From contig JAWAJB010000001.1 in assembly GCA_038888155.1 (NCBI GenBank), forward strand, positions 1-64,000: a stretch of 64,000 nt of DNA. Direction: 5' to 3'. Below, piece after piece: positions 9,179 to 21,016 of this stretch. Every line of letters starts with the position of its first letter. Position 1 is the stretch's first letter. This DNA is from Desulfurococcaceae archaeon. GTDB lineage: Archaea; Thermoproteota; Thermoprotei_A; Sulfolobales; Desulfurococcaceae. The notes under the pieces were generated by a model. The model searched no databases. It was given only the letters and a program-made list of their open reading frames with translations, and was not told the DNA's origin. A program made the translations under genes and the position numbers.

Positions 9179-9694
9179 ATGGTTTTACGTATGTCCAGTG
9201 GGCCGAAATTTGTCGTCGACACTATGCTTGGTTCTCTAGCCAGATGGCTTAGAATACTTGGTTATGATACACTATACGAGAGGGAGATCGAAGATTGGCA
9301 AATCTTGAGGAGAGCTGAATTAGAGAGTAGAGTAATTATAACTAGGGACAGGGGACTCCACAATAAAGCTATCAAGCACGGATTGAGGAGCATACTGATA
9401 TGGGAAGAAGATATGTCCGATAGACTTGCACACATTGCAGTTATAGCGGGAATTAAGCTCAGCGTAGATCTTAAGAGGACAAGATGCCCTGAGGATAATA
9501 CTCTTCTTGTGAAAGTAGAGAAAGAAAAAGTTAAGGACAGAGTCCCCGAAGCAGTACACAGGTTTCATTCAGACTTCTGGGAGTGTCCACGCTGCGGGAA
9601 AGTTTACTGGATTGGAAGCCACTGGAAGATGATTGAAGAAGCTCTAGCTAGAGCTCGAATAAAGCAAGAAGAGCTAAGAATAAAAATGATGTGA
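9179..9694 (+). CDS. Mut7-C RNase (PIN-like) domain protein with Zn ribbon
   Basis: FVVDTMLGSLARWLRILGYDT, ITRDRGL, TRCPEDN...CPRCGKVYWIGSHW. Confidence 0.92.
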   Translation: MVLRMSSGPKFVVDTMLGSLARWLRILGYDTLYEREIEDWQILRRAELESRVIITRDRGLHNKAIKHGLRSILIWEEDMSDRLAHIAVIAGIKLSVDLKRTRCPEDNTLLVKVEKEKVKDRVPEAVHRFHSDFWECPRCGKVYWIGSHWKMIEEALARARIKQEELRIKMM

Positions 9695-9744
9695 ACTTCT
9701 CACTTTATTTAGACAGCGAATTTATTTAAGTTTGGTGGACTTTA

Positions 9745-10422
9745 TTGATGGCAATACATCCATCTGATCTAAGTTTTGAGGAAGGCATTCTACTAGTAAA
9801 GTTTGCGCGAAAGGCCATTGAGAATTACCTGAAGAGGGGGGAGCGCCTTAATGTCGCCGTTTTCTCAAACGAAAAGCTGAAAAAGCCGGGCATGGTGTTT
9901 ACAACCTTGGAAATAGTTGATCCACTTACCAATAGAACAAGTTTAAGGGGCTGTATTGGATTTCTAGCGCCAGTGCACAGCCTCATAGAATCAGTTGTGG
10001 AATCAGCTATTGAAGCGGCAACGGGAGATCCTAGGTTTCCTCCCGTCAGGCTAGATGAAATGGATAAAATTATCGTAGAGGTTACAGTGTTATCAGAGCC
10101 TGTAGAGTTAAATGTAGCTAACAGGGTCGATCTTCCTAGGCACATTAATGTGGGCAGACACGGGTTGCTTGTAGAGAAAGGTTGGTTTAAAGGAACTCTT
10201 CTACCTATTGTACCCGTTGATTACTGCTGGGATCAAGAGACTTTTCTCGCCGAGACTTGTATAAAGGCTGGGCTGAGGCCAGATTGCTGGCTCGACCCTA
10301 GTACAAAAGTGTACTATTATGAGGGCAGAGCTTTTAGGGAAAAGGCTCCGCGAGGAGAAATATACGAGAGAGATATGGAGAAAGAATTTGCTGAGCTATG
10401 TGAAATGCAACAGCAGAGTTAG
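9745..10422 (+). CDS. AMMECR1/AmmeMemoRadiSam protein A family (TIGR00296-like)
   Basis: [39 protein letters not shown]. Confidence 0.93.
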   Translation: MMAIHPSDLSFEEGILLVKFARKAIENYLKRGERLNVAVFSNEKLKKPGMVFTTLEIVDPLTNRTSLRGCIGFLAPVHSLIESVVESAIEAATGDPRFPPVRLDEMDKIIVEVTVLSEPVELNVANRVDLPRHINVGRHGLLVEKGWFKGTLLPIVPVDYCWDQETFLAETCIKAGLRPDCWLDPSTKVYYYEGRAFREKAPRGEIYERDMEKEFAELCEMQQQS

Positions 10423-10820
10423 TTTCTCTTAAAACTACAATGTTAGTAAAAGTGTATTGGGATCTTTATCAACTCTCATCCGATCTCCTCATGTAGACCC
10501 GGCGTTTCCAAGTACTAGTAAGTACGTAATATGATCGTTAGAGCTCGTGTTTTGGAGTGGCGCTCAAATAATGGTCAGAAATTAATTTTGGCAATGTTTC
10601 GAGGCGATCTTAGAAAAGTGTTGGGAGGGAATTTATGATATGTATGGGGAACTCTGTAGCCATCAATGATTTTATTAGCTAAGTTGCTCTTTACGCAACA
10701 TCGTATATTGCTGCACATAAATTTCAGCTAGTTTAAGTTAACCCCTATCGAGTACCAAGGAGAATTCAAAAGCTATGATCCCTGAAGTAGAAGTAAAATC
10801 ATTCTTTTGAATTTACGTCT

Positions 10821-10835
10821 AGAAAGATTTATATA
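10821..10835 (+). promoter_or_regulatory. BRE-TATA promoter of trpB2
   Basis: Purine-rich AGAAAGA then TTTATATA, about 45 nt before the ATG, with an AGGTGA SD in between. Confidence 0.55.
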
Positions 10836-10878
10836 CCTATCCAGTGGTGTATTGAGAGCTAGGTGAGATAATGTACCA

Positions 10879-12237
10879 ATGGATTTAAGTAAAACTAGAT
10901 CCATCCAAAGCGTAGATCTAATACCTAAATACTGGTATAACATTCACCCAGATCTTCCTAAGCCTCTTCCTCCTATGAGAAAGCCTAACGGGGAGCTAGT
11001 TAAACCTTCTGAGCTTGAAGTCATATTTTCCAAATCTCTTATAGAACAAGAGTTCTCTTCGTCGAGGTTCATCAATATACCCGAGGAACTGAGAATACTG
11101 TACGCTGAAATTGGGAGACCAACCCCGTTGTTTAGAGCCAGGAAACTTGAAAAGTACCTTGATACACCAGCAAAAATATACTACAAATATGAAGGAGTAA
11201 TGCCAACTGGATCGCACAAGGTTAACACCGCATTAGCACAAGCATACTTCAATACTAAGGAGGACGTTGAAAGATTAGCTACTGAAACTGGAGCTGGTCA
11301 GTGGGGGTCTGCACTAGCATTAGCGGGCGCATTATTTAGACTGAAAGTGAGAGTTTATATGGTGAAAATTAGCTATGAGCAAAAACCCTATAGAAGAGCA
11401 TTAATGCAGTTGTACGGAGCTGAAGTTATTCCAAGCCCTAGCAAGTACACAAACGCTGGTAGACGTATTCTTTCTGTTAACTCTGATCACCCTGGTTCCC
11501 TTGGAATCGCAATTAGCGAAGCTATAGAGGATGCCCTAACCCATCCGAATACAAAGTATAGTTTAGGCTCGGTACTAAACCACGTACTACTACATCAGAC
11601 AATTATAGGCTTAGAGGCAATAAAACAACTAGAGTCCATTGGAGAGGATTTACCGGACTACGTTGTAGGATGCGTTGGAGGGGGCAGCAACTTCGCTGGA
11701 TTAGCGTATCCGTTCTACTATGAGTCCATAGTTAAAGGCAGAAAGAAGGATGCAGCATTCCTAGCCATTGAACCAAAGTCTGTTCCTTCAATGACTAAGG
11801 GATTGTATACATATGATCACGGTGACACAGCAGGCTTAACTCCTCTATTGAAGATGTACACTCTTGGACACCGCTACACCCCTCCACCGATACATGCAGG
11901 TGGCTTAAGATACCATGGTGTTGCACCAACACTAGCAATACTGGTTGAAAACAAAGTAGTTGAACCTGTTGCATATCATCAAACGGAAGTATTCGAGGTA
12001 GCAAAGTTATTTGCTCAAGTCGAGGGGGTAATACCTGCTCCAGAATCGGCCCATGCTGTAAAAGCAACAATAGATTTGGCGATAGAAGCTAGGAGGAGAA
12101 AAGAGAAGAAAGTGATATTGTTCAATATGAGTGGACATGGATTGCTAGATATTCAAGGGTACCTAGATTATGTTGAGGGAAAATTACATAATTATGAACC
12201 CGAAAAAATAGATATTTCGTATTTGCCGAACATATAA
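10879..12237 (+). CDS. trpB2: TrpB-like PLP enzyme (tryptophan synthase beta type 2), stand-alone
   Basis: WYNI, RPTPL, TGSHKVN (PLP Lys), [46 protein letters not shown]. Confidence 0.95.
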   Translation: MDLSKTRSIQSVDLIPKYWYNIHPDLPKPLPPMRKPNGELVKPSELEVIFSKSLIEQEFSSSRFINIPEELRILYAEIGRPTPLFRARKLEKYLDTPAKIYYKYEGVMPTGSHKVNTALAQAYFNTKEDVERLATETGAGQWGSALALAGALFRLKVRVYMVKISYEQKPYRRALMQLYGAEVIPSPSKYTNAGRRILSVNSDHPGSLGIAISEAIEDALTHPNTKYSLGSVLNHVLLHQTIIGLEAIKQLESIGEDLPDYVVGCVGGGSNFAGLAYPFYYESIVKGRKKDAAFLAIEPKSVPSMTKGLYTYDHGDTAGLTPLLKMYTLGHRYTPPPIHAGGLRYHGVAPTLAILVENKVVEPVAYHQTEVFEVAKLFAQVEGVIPAPESAHAVKATIDLAIEARRRKEKKVILFNMSGHGLLDIQGYLDYVEGKLHNYEPEKIDISYLPNI

Positions 12238-13281
12238 TGAGGCTACACGAATTCTTTTTTTATTTTGTCCATGTTTTGAGGTAAGTTAATGAAAACTTCA
12301 TGGGAACAATGAAGGCCTTAGAAAAATAATTGCAGATGTTATATCTTATCCCCCCAACATAAGAAGCTCTATTGAAACTCGTCTGGAGATTGGTTGAAAT
12401 TGTATTGAAGAGTTGTATAATTCTTAGAAAAATTTTCCGAGTATATGATCTTTTAATAACAACGGTAGTTGTTGTATAATAATTAATTGATTTTTCGCTA
12501 GTAATTATGCTGAGGAGCTTGCATCGTCTCCCGGGCGGGTCTAAGAGCACTCTCGCAAAAATTGTGCATGGTCTCATAGGTGTATTGGAACGTCGAGTGA
12601 CACGTTTATAGGGACGCGCTGATTTTGTTTAAAGCAATCGGGTGGCCTACAATCTGATCAATGTATTAAAGCGAATTTAGATTGTATGTCTTTGTCAAAG
12701 CGGGATGAGTCAGTTATTGATCACTTGGTGTATGTTTTACTTTGGGACTTGGTTGATCGTATAGAGATCATAGCGCGAGAGGAAACTTCAACGAAGCTTT
12801 CTTGTAAAATTTAAAAATAGTCATTAGAGTTGTGATCCAGTTAGTTTACCAAAAATTTTATTCAAGGAAACAACATCTACTTTTCTTCTTCTGTATTTAG
12901 AAGGGAATATGAAAATCATAAAACTAGAACCATTGTTTTCTTCCAATGATCTCATCAATATCCACTATTTTCAACGCTTTATCTCTTCGGAGAATCAAGT
13001 CTCTAGATTGACAGGGATGCATTGATTATCTTTCCGATGTGGGATATCAGCTAATGTCTCCTGTTTAAAGTAAACGGATTTACATTGTTCTAGGGATTAA
13101 AACTCGCCGATGGTGATGAAGCAATAGCGCTAATTGCACTATTTAGTGTTCCATTGTATACATGAGTCGCTTACCTATGAACTATGCATTAAGTATTAAT
13201 CAAGTTACACGGTTTTTAAGGGAACATTTCATTAACTTCAATAATATAAATGACGCTGAGCTTAATAGACGGGAATCCCCT

Positions 13282-14049
13282 ATGGAGATCTGGCTACTAT
13301 GGGTTTCTGGTTTAAGTCTATCTACGATAGCTGGGGCAGTACTGGTTAAGAAGTACAGAGACTCGTATGGCTACACTGTACTTGTGTCATTGTATGTATC
13401 ATTTATACTTATATCTAACATATTGGCCAGCAGATTAGTAGTGTACGATATCTTCGGTATAAGTGTAGTCACAGCAGGCGCCACTCTCTTATTTCCCTTT
13501 ATATCCCAGATAATTGACATGATAAACGAGGTCTACGGAAGAAGGTCTTCCTACATGGCTATATTCATAACGCTAATTGCTAACATCATTGCAAGCGTGT
13601 TGATTTGGCAAGTTGCCTTTGAGCAACCTGCGGTTGAGGTTATGGAGGTACCACCAGTTTATGAGGAGGCATGGAGGTTCTACGTGCTTCAAACGCCAAG
13701 GATAGTTATTGCATCTTATACTGCGTTCTGGGTTGCAAACACCCTTGATGCTAAGATCTTCGCTGATTTAAAGAAGTACTTTTACTCTAGGTATAAAGAG
13801 GCTTACAGAAGTTTGAAGACAATAACACTCTTCGTTTTAATTAGGAGTATTCTAAGCGATCTCGCCAATATGCTCGTGGATAGCCTAGTATTTTTCCCTA
13901 TAGCATTTGCGCTTACAATACCGTGGGAGTCCATGCCTGACGTTATATTCGGCGGAACTTACGTTAAGTTGGTAGTAGTTGTATTAACACAGCCATTCTT
14001 AATAGCGTATAGGTGGCTAATAAGAGAGGTCTCTAGGGTGATTGACTAA
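13282..14049 (+). CDS. VUT/YhhQ family 7-deazaguanine (preQ0/preQ1) precursor transporter
   Basis: SNILASR, TAGATLLFP, DMINEVYG, PRIVIASYTAF, DSLVFFPIAF; multi-pass hydrophobic. Start trimmed from 13162 to ATG 13282. Confidence 0.88.
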   Translation: MEIWLLWVSGLSLSTIAGAVLVKKYRDSYGYTVLVSLYVSFILISNILASRLVVYDIFGISVVTAGATLLFPFISQIIDMINEVYGRRSSYMAIFITLIANIIASVLIWQVAFEQPAVEVMEVPPVYEEAWRFYVLQTPRIVIASYTAFWVANTLDAKIFADLKKYFYSRYKEAYRSLKTITLFVLIRSILSDLANMLVDSLVFFPIAFALTIPWESMPDVIFGGTYVKLVVVVLTQPFLIAYRWLIREVSRVID

Positions 14050-14106
14050 AAATCAACGTAGAAACAAAAATTTTTCAGCAGTATTAGTTTAAGTGGTGAG
14101 AGTAGG

Positions 14107-14928
14107 TTGAGAATAACTATCAAAGAGGTTATAAATATACCATTTGAAGTTGTTGAGAATTCTATTACTTCTTTTATAAGAAGTTTTTTCAAGGAGAGCC
14201 AGGCTAGCTGTATATTAGTTGGATTAAGCGGAGGTCTTGACTCGTCGGTCCTTCTAGCTCTTCTAGCTAGGTCTGTCCCGCCAGATAGAATTGTTGGACT
14301 TATACTTCCCGACTCTAGGGCAACACCTTCAGAAGATGTTAACGATGCCCTAGAGCTAGCTCGATCAACAGGAATAAAGCACTACGTTGTTTACATAGAC
14401 AGAATATTGGATTCCTACACAGAGGCGCCATTTGTTAAAGTATCTGACAGTTTAGAGACAGGCAACTTAAGGGCACGCATAAGGATGTGCCTACTATACT
14501 ATTATGCTAATAAGTGCAACGGAGTAGTAGCTGGATCCAGCGATCGAAGCGAACTAATCATAGGCTACTACACGAAATATGGAGATGGGGCAGCTGATTT
14601 TTTGCCGCTCGGGTGCTTATATAAAACACAGGTCAGAGAGCTCGGAATGAGGTTAGGACTTCCATTAAAAATAGTCAATAAACCCAGCGCCCCAAGGCTT
14701 TGGAAAGGTCATACAGCCCAAAGCGAACTCGGCTACAGCTACGAAGAGATAGACTTGGCTCTTTACACGCTGTTTGACTTAAAGCTGAGCCTAGAAGATG
14801 CAGTGAGCATGACAGGCTTACCTAGAGGACTCTACGAGAAACTGCTCAGCATGAATAGAAAAAGCAGACACAAGATGATGCCACCGCCAATTCCTAAACT
14901 CCCGTGGATCTCTGATCTCCGGCAGTAG
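14107..14928 (+). CDS. nadE: NH3-dependent NAD+ synthetase
   Basis: GLSGGLDS, GNLRARIRM, GYYTKYGDG, LYKTQV, KPSAPRLW. Confidence 0.96.
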   Translation: MRITIKEVINIPFEVVENSITSFIRSFFKESQASCILVGLSGGLDSSVLLALLARSVPPDRIVGLILPDSRATPSEDVNDALELARSTGIKHYVVYIDRILDSYTEAPFVKVSDSLETGNLRARIRMCLLYYYANKCNGVVAGSSDRSELIIGYYTKYGDGAADFLPLGCLYKTQVRELGMRLGLPLKIVNKPSAPRLWKGHTAQSELGYSYEEIDLALYTLFDLKLSLEDAVSMTGLPRGLYEKLLSMNRKSRHKMMPPPIPKLPWISDLRQ

Positions 14929-15352
14929 GCCTAATTAAAATATTTACGCTTAGGGGAGTTTCTCTTACTTCAACCATACCAGGCTTGTAGTATATTGTTA
15001 CCCTTCTTGGAGAAAATGAAACTGAAATAGTAATTGGAGCTTTCTCGGCCTTGACTAACGCCTCGTAAGATTTGTGCTTTCCGCTACTCATATTTAAAAT
15101 GAGCCCTTTTCTATATTCGCATATCTCTAGTTTTTCTTTGGATATATCTATTCCTTGTTTTCTTATAACAAGTGTACTTGGATACTCAAGTGAAACCTCG
15201 GGAACTTCCTCCAATAAAAGCTCTCCCTTTAAACCCACTTTCTTGCTTATTTCCACGACCCCCGACACGGTGCCGTGTATGAAGGCCTCCTCCACTGTAT
15301 ACATAGATCCATCGACTTCTATTGCTCCATCTCTTATCCGGATTTGCGACAA
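14894..15352 (-). CDS. Hypothetical protein (beta-rich)
   Basis: 152-aa ORF with AGGTG SD and protein-like composition. Convergent with nadE and overlapping it by 35 bp. No family recognised. Confidence 0.7.
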   Translation of the reverse strand: MSQIRIRDGAIEVDGSMYTVEEAFIHGTVSGVVEISKKVGLKGELLLEEVPEVSLEYPSTLVIRKQGIDISKEKLEICEYRKGLILNMSSGKHKSYEALVKAEKAPITISVSFSPRRVTIYYKPGMVEVRETPLSVNILIRPTAGDQRSTGV

Positions 15353-15442
15353 GACAGGACACCTCTAAAGGGATAATTTTAGGGTAGAAGTAAATAAACA
15401 AAAAAGAATTTTCCACAAGCTAACCTGTGTGTTTTTGGCGAC

Positions 15443-16504
15443 CTAGTACGATAGAACTGGTACTTTACCAAATCTCTTCAAGTCGATTATATCCTCAGGC
15501 TTGGATGCGACTGGTATAACCCTCAATGAGAGGGGCCTTGATTTTGTATTAGCTAGAGCCATTGCACTGGCTATTAGCTGTGTGAGCTTATCCTTACCCT
15601 CTGGAACTACGAGCATGTCCACCCCTGCCACGCATGTAGACGCGTAAGCTAGGAAATCCTTGGCTTTAATTAGCCCCTTTGCTCCATAATCCATGAGTAT
15701 AGAGTCTTCAGCGTATGGGAGCATTACTTCATTGAAGCCTGTCGCTATCTCCTTATTGGAATAGTCGTAAATGAGCTTATTCACCATCCACGTGTAATAA
15801 AGTGCGCCTGGCTCTAGGAGGGAGTACCCAGATACTTCGTACAATTCAGCTACGCTGTTCTCCATCCACGGCGATAAGCTATAATCTACAACGACGGGTA
15901 AAGCTATAGATTCCTTAACTAACTTTACAGCATTATGAATACCTCTGAAGACTTCTTTGAGTGAGTCTTCGACGCTCCGCCCGCCTCTAACCATTTCGAC
16001 CAAGAGCTTTGGGTACAGAAAAGCCAATCCGATAGCTCTTAGGCTCCTACTGGAGGAGTCAGGAAAGTAAGGCGTGTAGAAATCCCTATTGTGGAATCCA
16101 ACAGCTATCCTGGTAGCCGCGACAGGATCTTTTGCTGAGGCTCTATGGAACACCTCAGAATATAACTTTGCCTTCTCAATTTCGGGGCCTGCTTCGTGTA
16201 AAATGGGCACACTAATGCCGTTGTAAGCAAGATCTACTATCTCGTCAACGCTGTTGAACCTCAAGTAACCTATGCTGATCAAAAGTCTCTTCTCCACGTA
16301 ATCAAGTAACCTGCCCGCAAAATTGACCGGAACTCCAGGTAAAGATACTCTCTTGGAGAAAATTGGGTAGTTGTTTTTTGTGAGGACCCCTTCCACTTCA
16401 TTAAGTGTGTTAAGTGCAAAGTTCATTTCATCTTCGAGCTCCTTGTTACTTTGAGCTGATCCAGTGAAGAAGGTTATTGCGCGGACAATTAATCTGTTGT
16501 TCAA
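15443..16504 (-). CDS. DUF711 (PFL-like fold) family protein
   Basis: IVRAIT, TPYFP, DYSLSPW, GFNEVMLPYAED, STCVAGVDM, RPLSLRVIP. Start trimmed to TTG after GGTGG. Confidence 0.85.
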   Translation of the reverse strand: MNNRLIVRAITFFTGSAQSNKELEDEMNFALNTLNEVEGVLTKNNYPIFSKRVSLPGVPVNFAGRLLDYVEKRLLISIGYLRFNSVDEIVDLAYNGISVPILHEAGPEIEKAKLYSEVFHRASAKDPVAATRIAVGFHNRDFYTPYFPDSSSRSLRAIGLAFLYPKLLVEMVRGGRSVEDSLKEVFRGIHNAVKLVKESIALPVVVDYSLSPWMENSVAELYEVSGYSLLEPGALYYTWMVNKLIYDYSNKEIATGFNEVMLPYAEDSILMDYGAKGLIKAKDFLAYASTCVAGVDMLVVPEGKDKLTQLIASAMALANTKSRPLSLRVIPVASKPEDIIDLKRFGKVPVLSY

Positions 16505-16645
16505 AATAAACCACCAACTATACATTGTGAACCTCATCTAATATATAGCTTTGTTCTCACCCTCTCGAGACCGTGTTAGAATTCAACCGTTAACAATATC
16601 AAAGATTTAAATACGCATTGGGGTATTGTAAAGTATGGTGGATAG

Positions 16646-18497
<1,852 letters not shown>

Positions 18498-18808
18498 TAA
18501 TTACCTTCACCTACTTATACCCTAATCTAAAGAGATAGTTTACCGATGGCAGTTATATATAGTGTACCCTATAACGATTTTTATCGATTACAATAAAAGA
18601 TCTTAGGAGCAACTCAAATCTGTTAGCGATAATCGCTACAATCAATGTGACGAGAACACTGAGTTAATTATGAGCACTAAAAATGTGACTTGAGAAGGCA
18701 GTGGTGAGTCATTATGTTGTTCAAGTAGAGCTCGCTAACATCCCTTATTTATAAGCCTGAGTAATCTATATAGTGTGAGAGCCACAATATTAATTAGGGG
18801 TGTAGTTT

Positions 18809-19099
18809 TTGGCTCCAGCCCAGAAAAACATGAAACCGCCAAACCCGCTTAAGGTGTTAAAGAGTTCGGAGGGAAACGTTATTCTTGTAAAAACGAAGGG
18901 AGGCTACGAATACGTGGGTATACTAGAGCTCGCTGACGGAGTAATGAATGTTGTATTATTGGATTGCGTTGAGTACAATAGGGATAAGCCGACACTAAGA
19001 CTCGGTAAAGTAATAATCAGGGGAAGCAACATCGAGTTCATTAGCGTGGACTACGGTAAAGTCGCGCCGGAGAGCATACAGGTAAAACTCAAGGTATAA
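18809..19099 (+). CDS. Sm-like (Lsm/SmAP) RNA-binding protein
   Basis: Sm1 motif (VKTKGGYEYVGILELADGVMNVVL) and Sm2 motif (IIRGSNI). Confidence 0.93.
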   Translation: MAPAQKNMKPPNPLKVLKSSEGNVILVKTKGGYEYVGILELADGVMNVVLLDCVEYNRDKPTLRLGKVIIRGSNIEFISVDYGKVAPESIQVKLKV

Positions 19100-19160
19100 A
19101 CCCACTAGACAACTTTGTGCTTTATCTTGGGAAATATCTTTATGCAAAAATTAGATAGCT

Positions 19161-19712
19161 TTAATGGGTCGTTGGCTGTGTGATAGTGCAAGTGTGATCG
19201 GGGAGATTTCTCTTATTTGCCACGTAAAAATCATCGATAAATCGTCCGACGAAGTCAAAGCACCTATCAATAGTGTGTATTTGCTGTGAGTATGTTTTGG
19301 GGTGCCCTGTAATAACTACTGGGCCGTTAGTTTGTACAACTCTTCGAAGTTCATATAGAGCTTTCTGTATGTCTGATAAAGCCCCTATAGTGGAAATAGA
19401 TATAACTACGTCAAAGCACTTATCGCGAAAAGGAAGTTCCTCTGTATAACCTTCCACGAGGATAGCAAAATGGCGATCCAGCCTATTGCTCGCAACGTGA
19501 AGCATGTTCGGATCTGGATCAAGGCATACATACCTTTGAAATTTAGTTTTGCGCGAGCTAGAAAGGTATTCGAATAGAAGCCCGGTTCCGCATCCAGCGT
19601 CTAATATTGTGCCCTCCATTGATATGCCGATTTTAAGTAATTGTTCGTACTTAGCATATTGTTCTTCTCTGTAAAGATCGTCGTACACCTCGGGTTTAAT
19701 TATTGTTTTCAC
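19161..19712 (-). CDS. Class I SAM-dependent methyltransferase
   Basis: ILDAGCGTG, LPFRDKCFDVV, ELRRV. Confidence 0.88.
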   Translation of the reverse strand: MKTIIKPEVYDDLYREEQYAKYEQLLKIGISMEGTILDAGCGTGLLFEYLSSSRKTKFQRYVCLDPDPNMLHVASNRLDRHFAILVEGYTEELPFRDKCFDVVISISTIGALSDIQKALYELRRVVQTNGPVVITGHPKTYSQQIHTIDRCFDFVGRFIDDFYVANKRNLPDHTCTITQPTTH

Positions 19713-20255
19713 ATTTACTACCTATAAAAGCCTATAGCAGTGTGCCTTTATTTTCTTAGTGAGTTTCTCCTCGCCTTAGATTCATTGTGCATATGCCTAA
19801 ATTCAATCTCAACAGTTGAATCTACTAATGAATTGGGGGGCTGAAGTTAAATTAGCATTTGTAAATCCGAGGCTTCTTTGATGTGCTTCAATGCGTCTTT
19901 GCAAATGCGTTGCACTTTGCTACAGGATTCCAAAAAATGCAAGTTTTTATTGGAAGTAGAGGGTATCCAATAGGTCCAAGGCTGTAATTCTTGGGCACCT
20001 ATCAATTTGAGATAGTTCATCAGCTAACGATAAATCATCGAGTTTTCCCATAAGTACATCATTAAGTGTAAGCAAGAGATGTTCTCAATGTATTTTCATT
20101 CATCGATAAACATATCGCTTCGGACATGTGTTTTAAACATATCTAGTTTTTAGCCTCTCGGCTTGAGTGGGGGACATTGGGTTTGGGAATGCGCTAACTG
20201 TATATTTTTCTGGGAAAAGGCTAAGAAGAATAATTTATTAGCTGCCTTCAACTCG

Positions 20256-20930
20256 CTAGGACTCCGGTAACCTTTCTCGCGTTACCTGCTTATTAAACAG
20301 CGTAAGTAAATCAACAACTTCCGAGATGCTTTTAGGCGTGATACCAGCATCTATTTCAACGAGATCTTTATCTTTAAAGGCTGAGACCCTGTACAGCTTA
20401 ACATTAACTTTTTCACCGTAGTCTAAGAGCTTTCTGACAGAGTCGACGTCTTGGGGGTCTTCACAGAATACAATGTACTTCTTTCCATTGACTTCTACTT
20501 CTCTCTTAGAGAGCTTATTTGCTTTATCGCCCAAGATCTCCTGTAGTACCATGTACGTTATCTTATCTGATCCCAAGGCTACATGCAACTCCCGGGCTAC
20601 GTAACGTTTAACGTTCTTAACGAATATCTCAACTTTATCTACTCTACGAAGTATCTTTGCAATGAGGTACTGAATGGCCGCATACCTAGGTATTATGCTG
20701 AGCAAGATATCTATCTTATCTCCTGATCCAAGGGTGTATTTAGCGTAGTATCCCCCAACGTATAAAACCTTGTACTTCTTTTCAACCGGTTTCAGCTTTT
20801 TTTCCAAATCGCTGGTCACTACTCTAACCAACGACATAACGCGCCTTCTCATTAAGAGATAGCTTGGAACTACCAGGCCAAAAATAAAGATAAATATGGA
20901 GGCCGCTAAAATGATCCTAATATCTAACAT
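20256..20930 (-). CDS. Single-pass membrane protein of unknown function (possible CCDC47-like fold)
   Basis: N-terminal TM helix, basic amphipathic helix, then an alpha/beta soluble domain. See findings. Confidence 0.75.
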   Translation of the reverse strand: MLDIRIILAASIFIFIFGLVVPSYLLMRRRVMSLVRVVTSDLEKKLKPVEKKYKVLYVGGYYAKYTLGSGDKIDILLSIIPRYAAIQYLIAKILRRVDKVEIFVKNVKRYVARELHVALGSDKITYMVLQEILGDKANKLSKREVEVNGKKYIVFCEDPQDVDSVRKLLDYGEKVNVKLYRVSAFKDKDLVEIDAGITPKSISEVVDLLTLFNKQVTRERLPES

Positions 20931-21016
20931 TGTCTTAACCTCTAAATTTTTCTCTTATTGTCCATCCATTTTAAATCTAATGCAATTAATCATCTACTTT
21001 TAGGTTGTTGTGGAAG

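Noticed and set aside
10467-10492. Minus-strand ATGAGGA...ATGAGA.TTGA resembling C/D boxes
   Set aside because: Spacing is too short for guide sequences and there is no canonical CTGA.
12260-12577. 105-aa minus-strand ORF
   Set aside because: No SD, atypical composition (Thr/Ile/Asn-rich, almost no acidic residues) and no motif.
13162-13281. N-terminal extension of the VUT ORF (similar extensions on rbr, DUF711, ADH, TIP49, rnhB, glycosylase)
   Set aside because: These extensions span promoter-like AT-rich sequence; downstream starts match family N-termini and mostly have SD motifs.
20020-20062. Minus-strand ATGATGT...CTCG-ATGATTT...CTGA as a C/D box sRNA
   Set aside because: Three of four boxes are degenerate and the second guide is only 8 nt.
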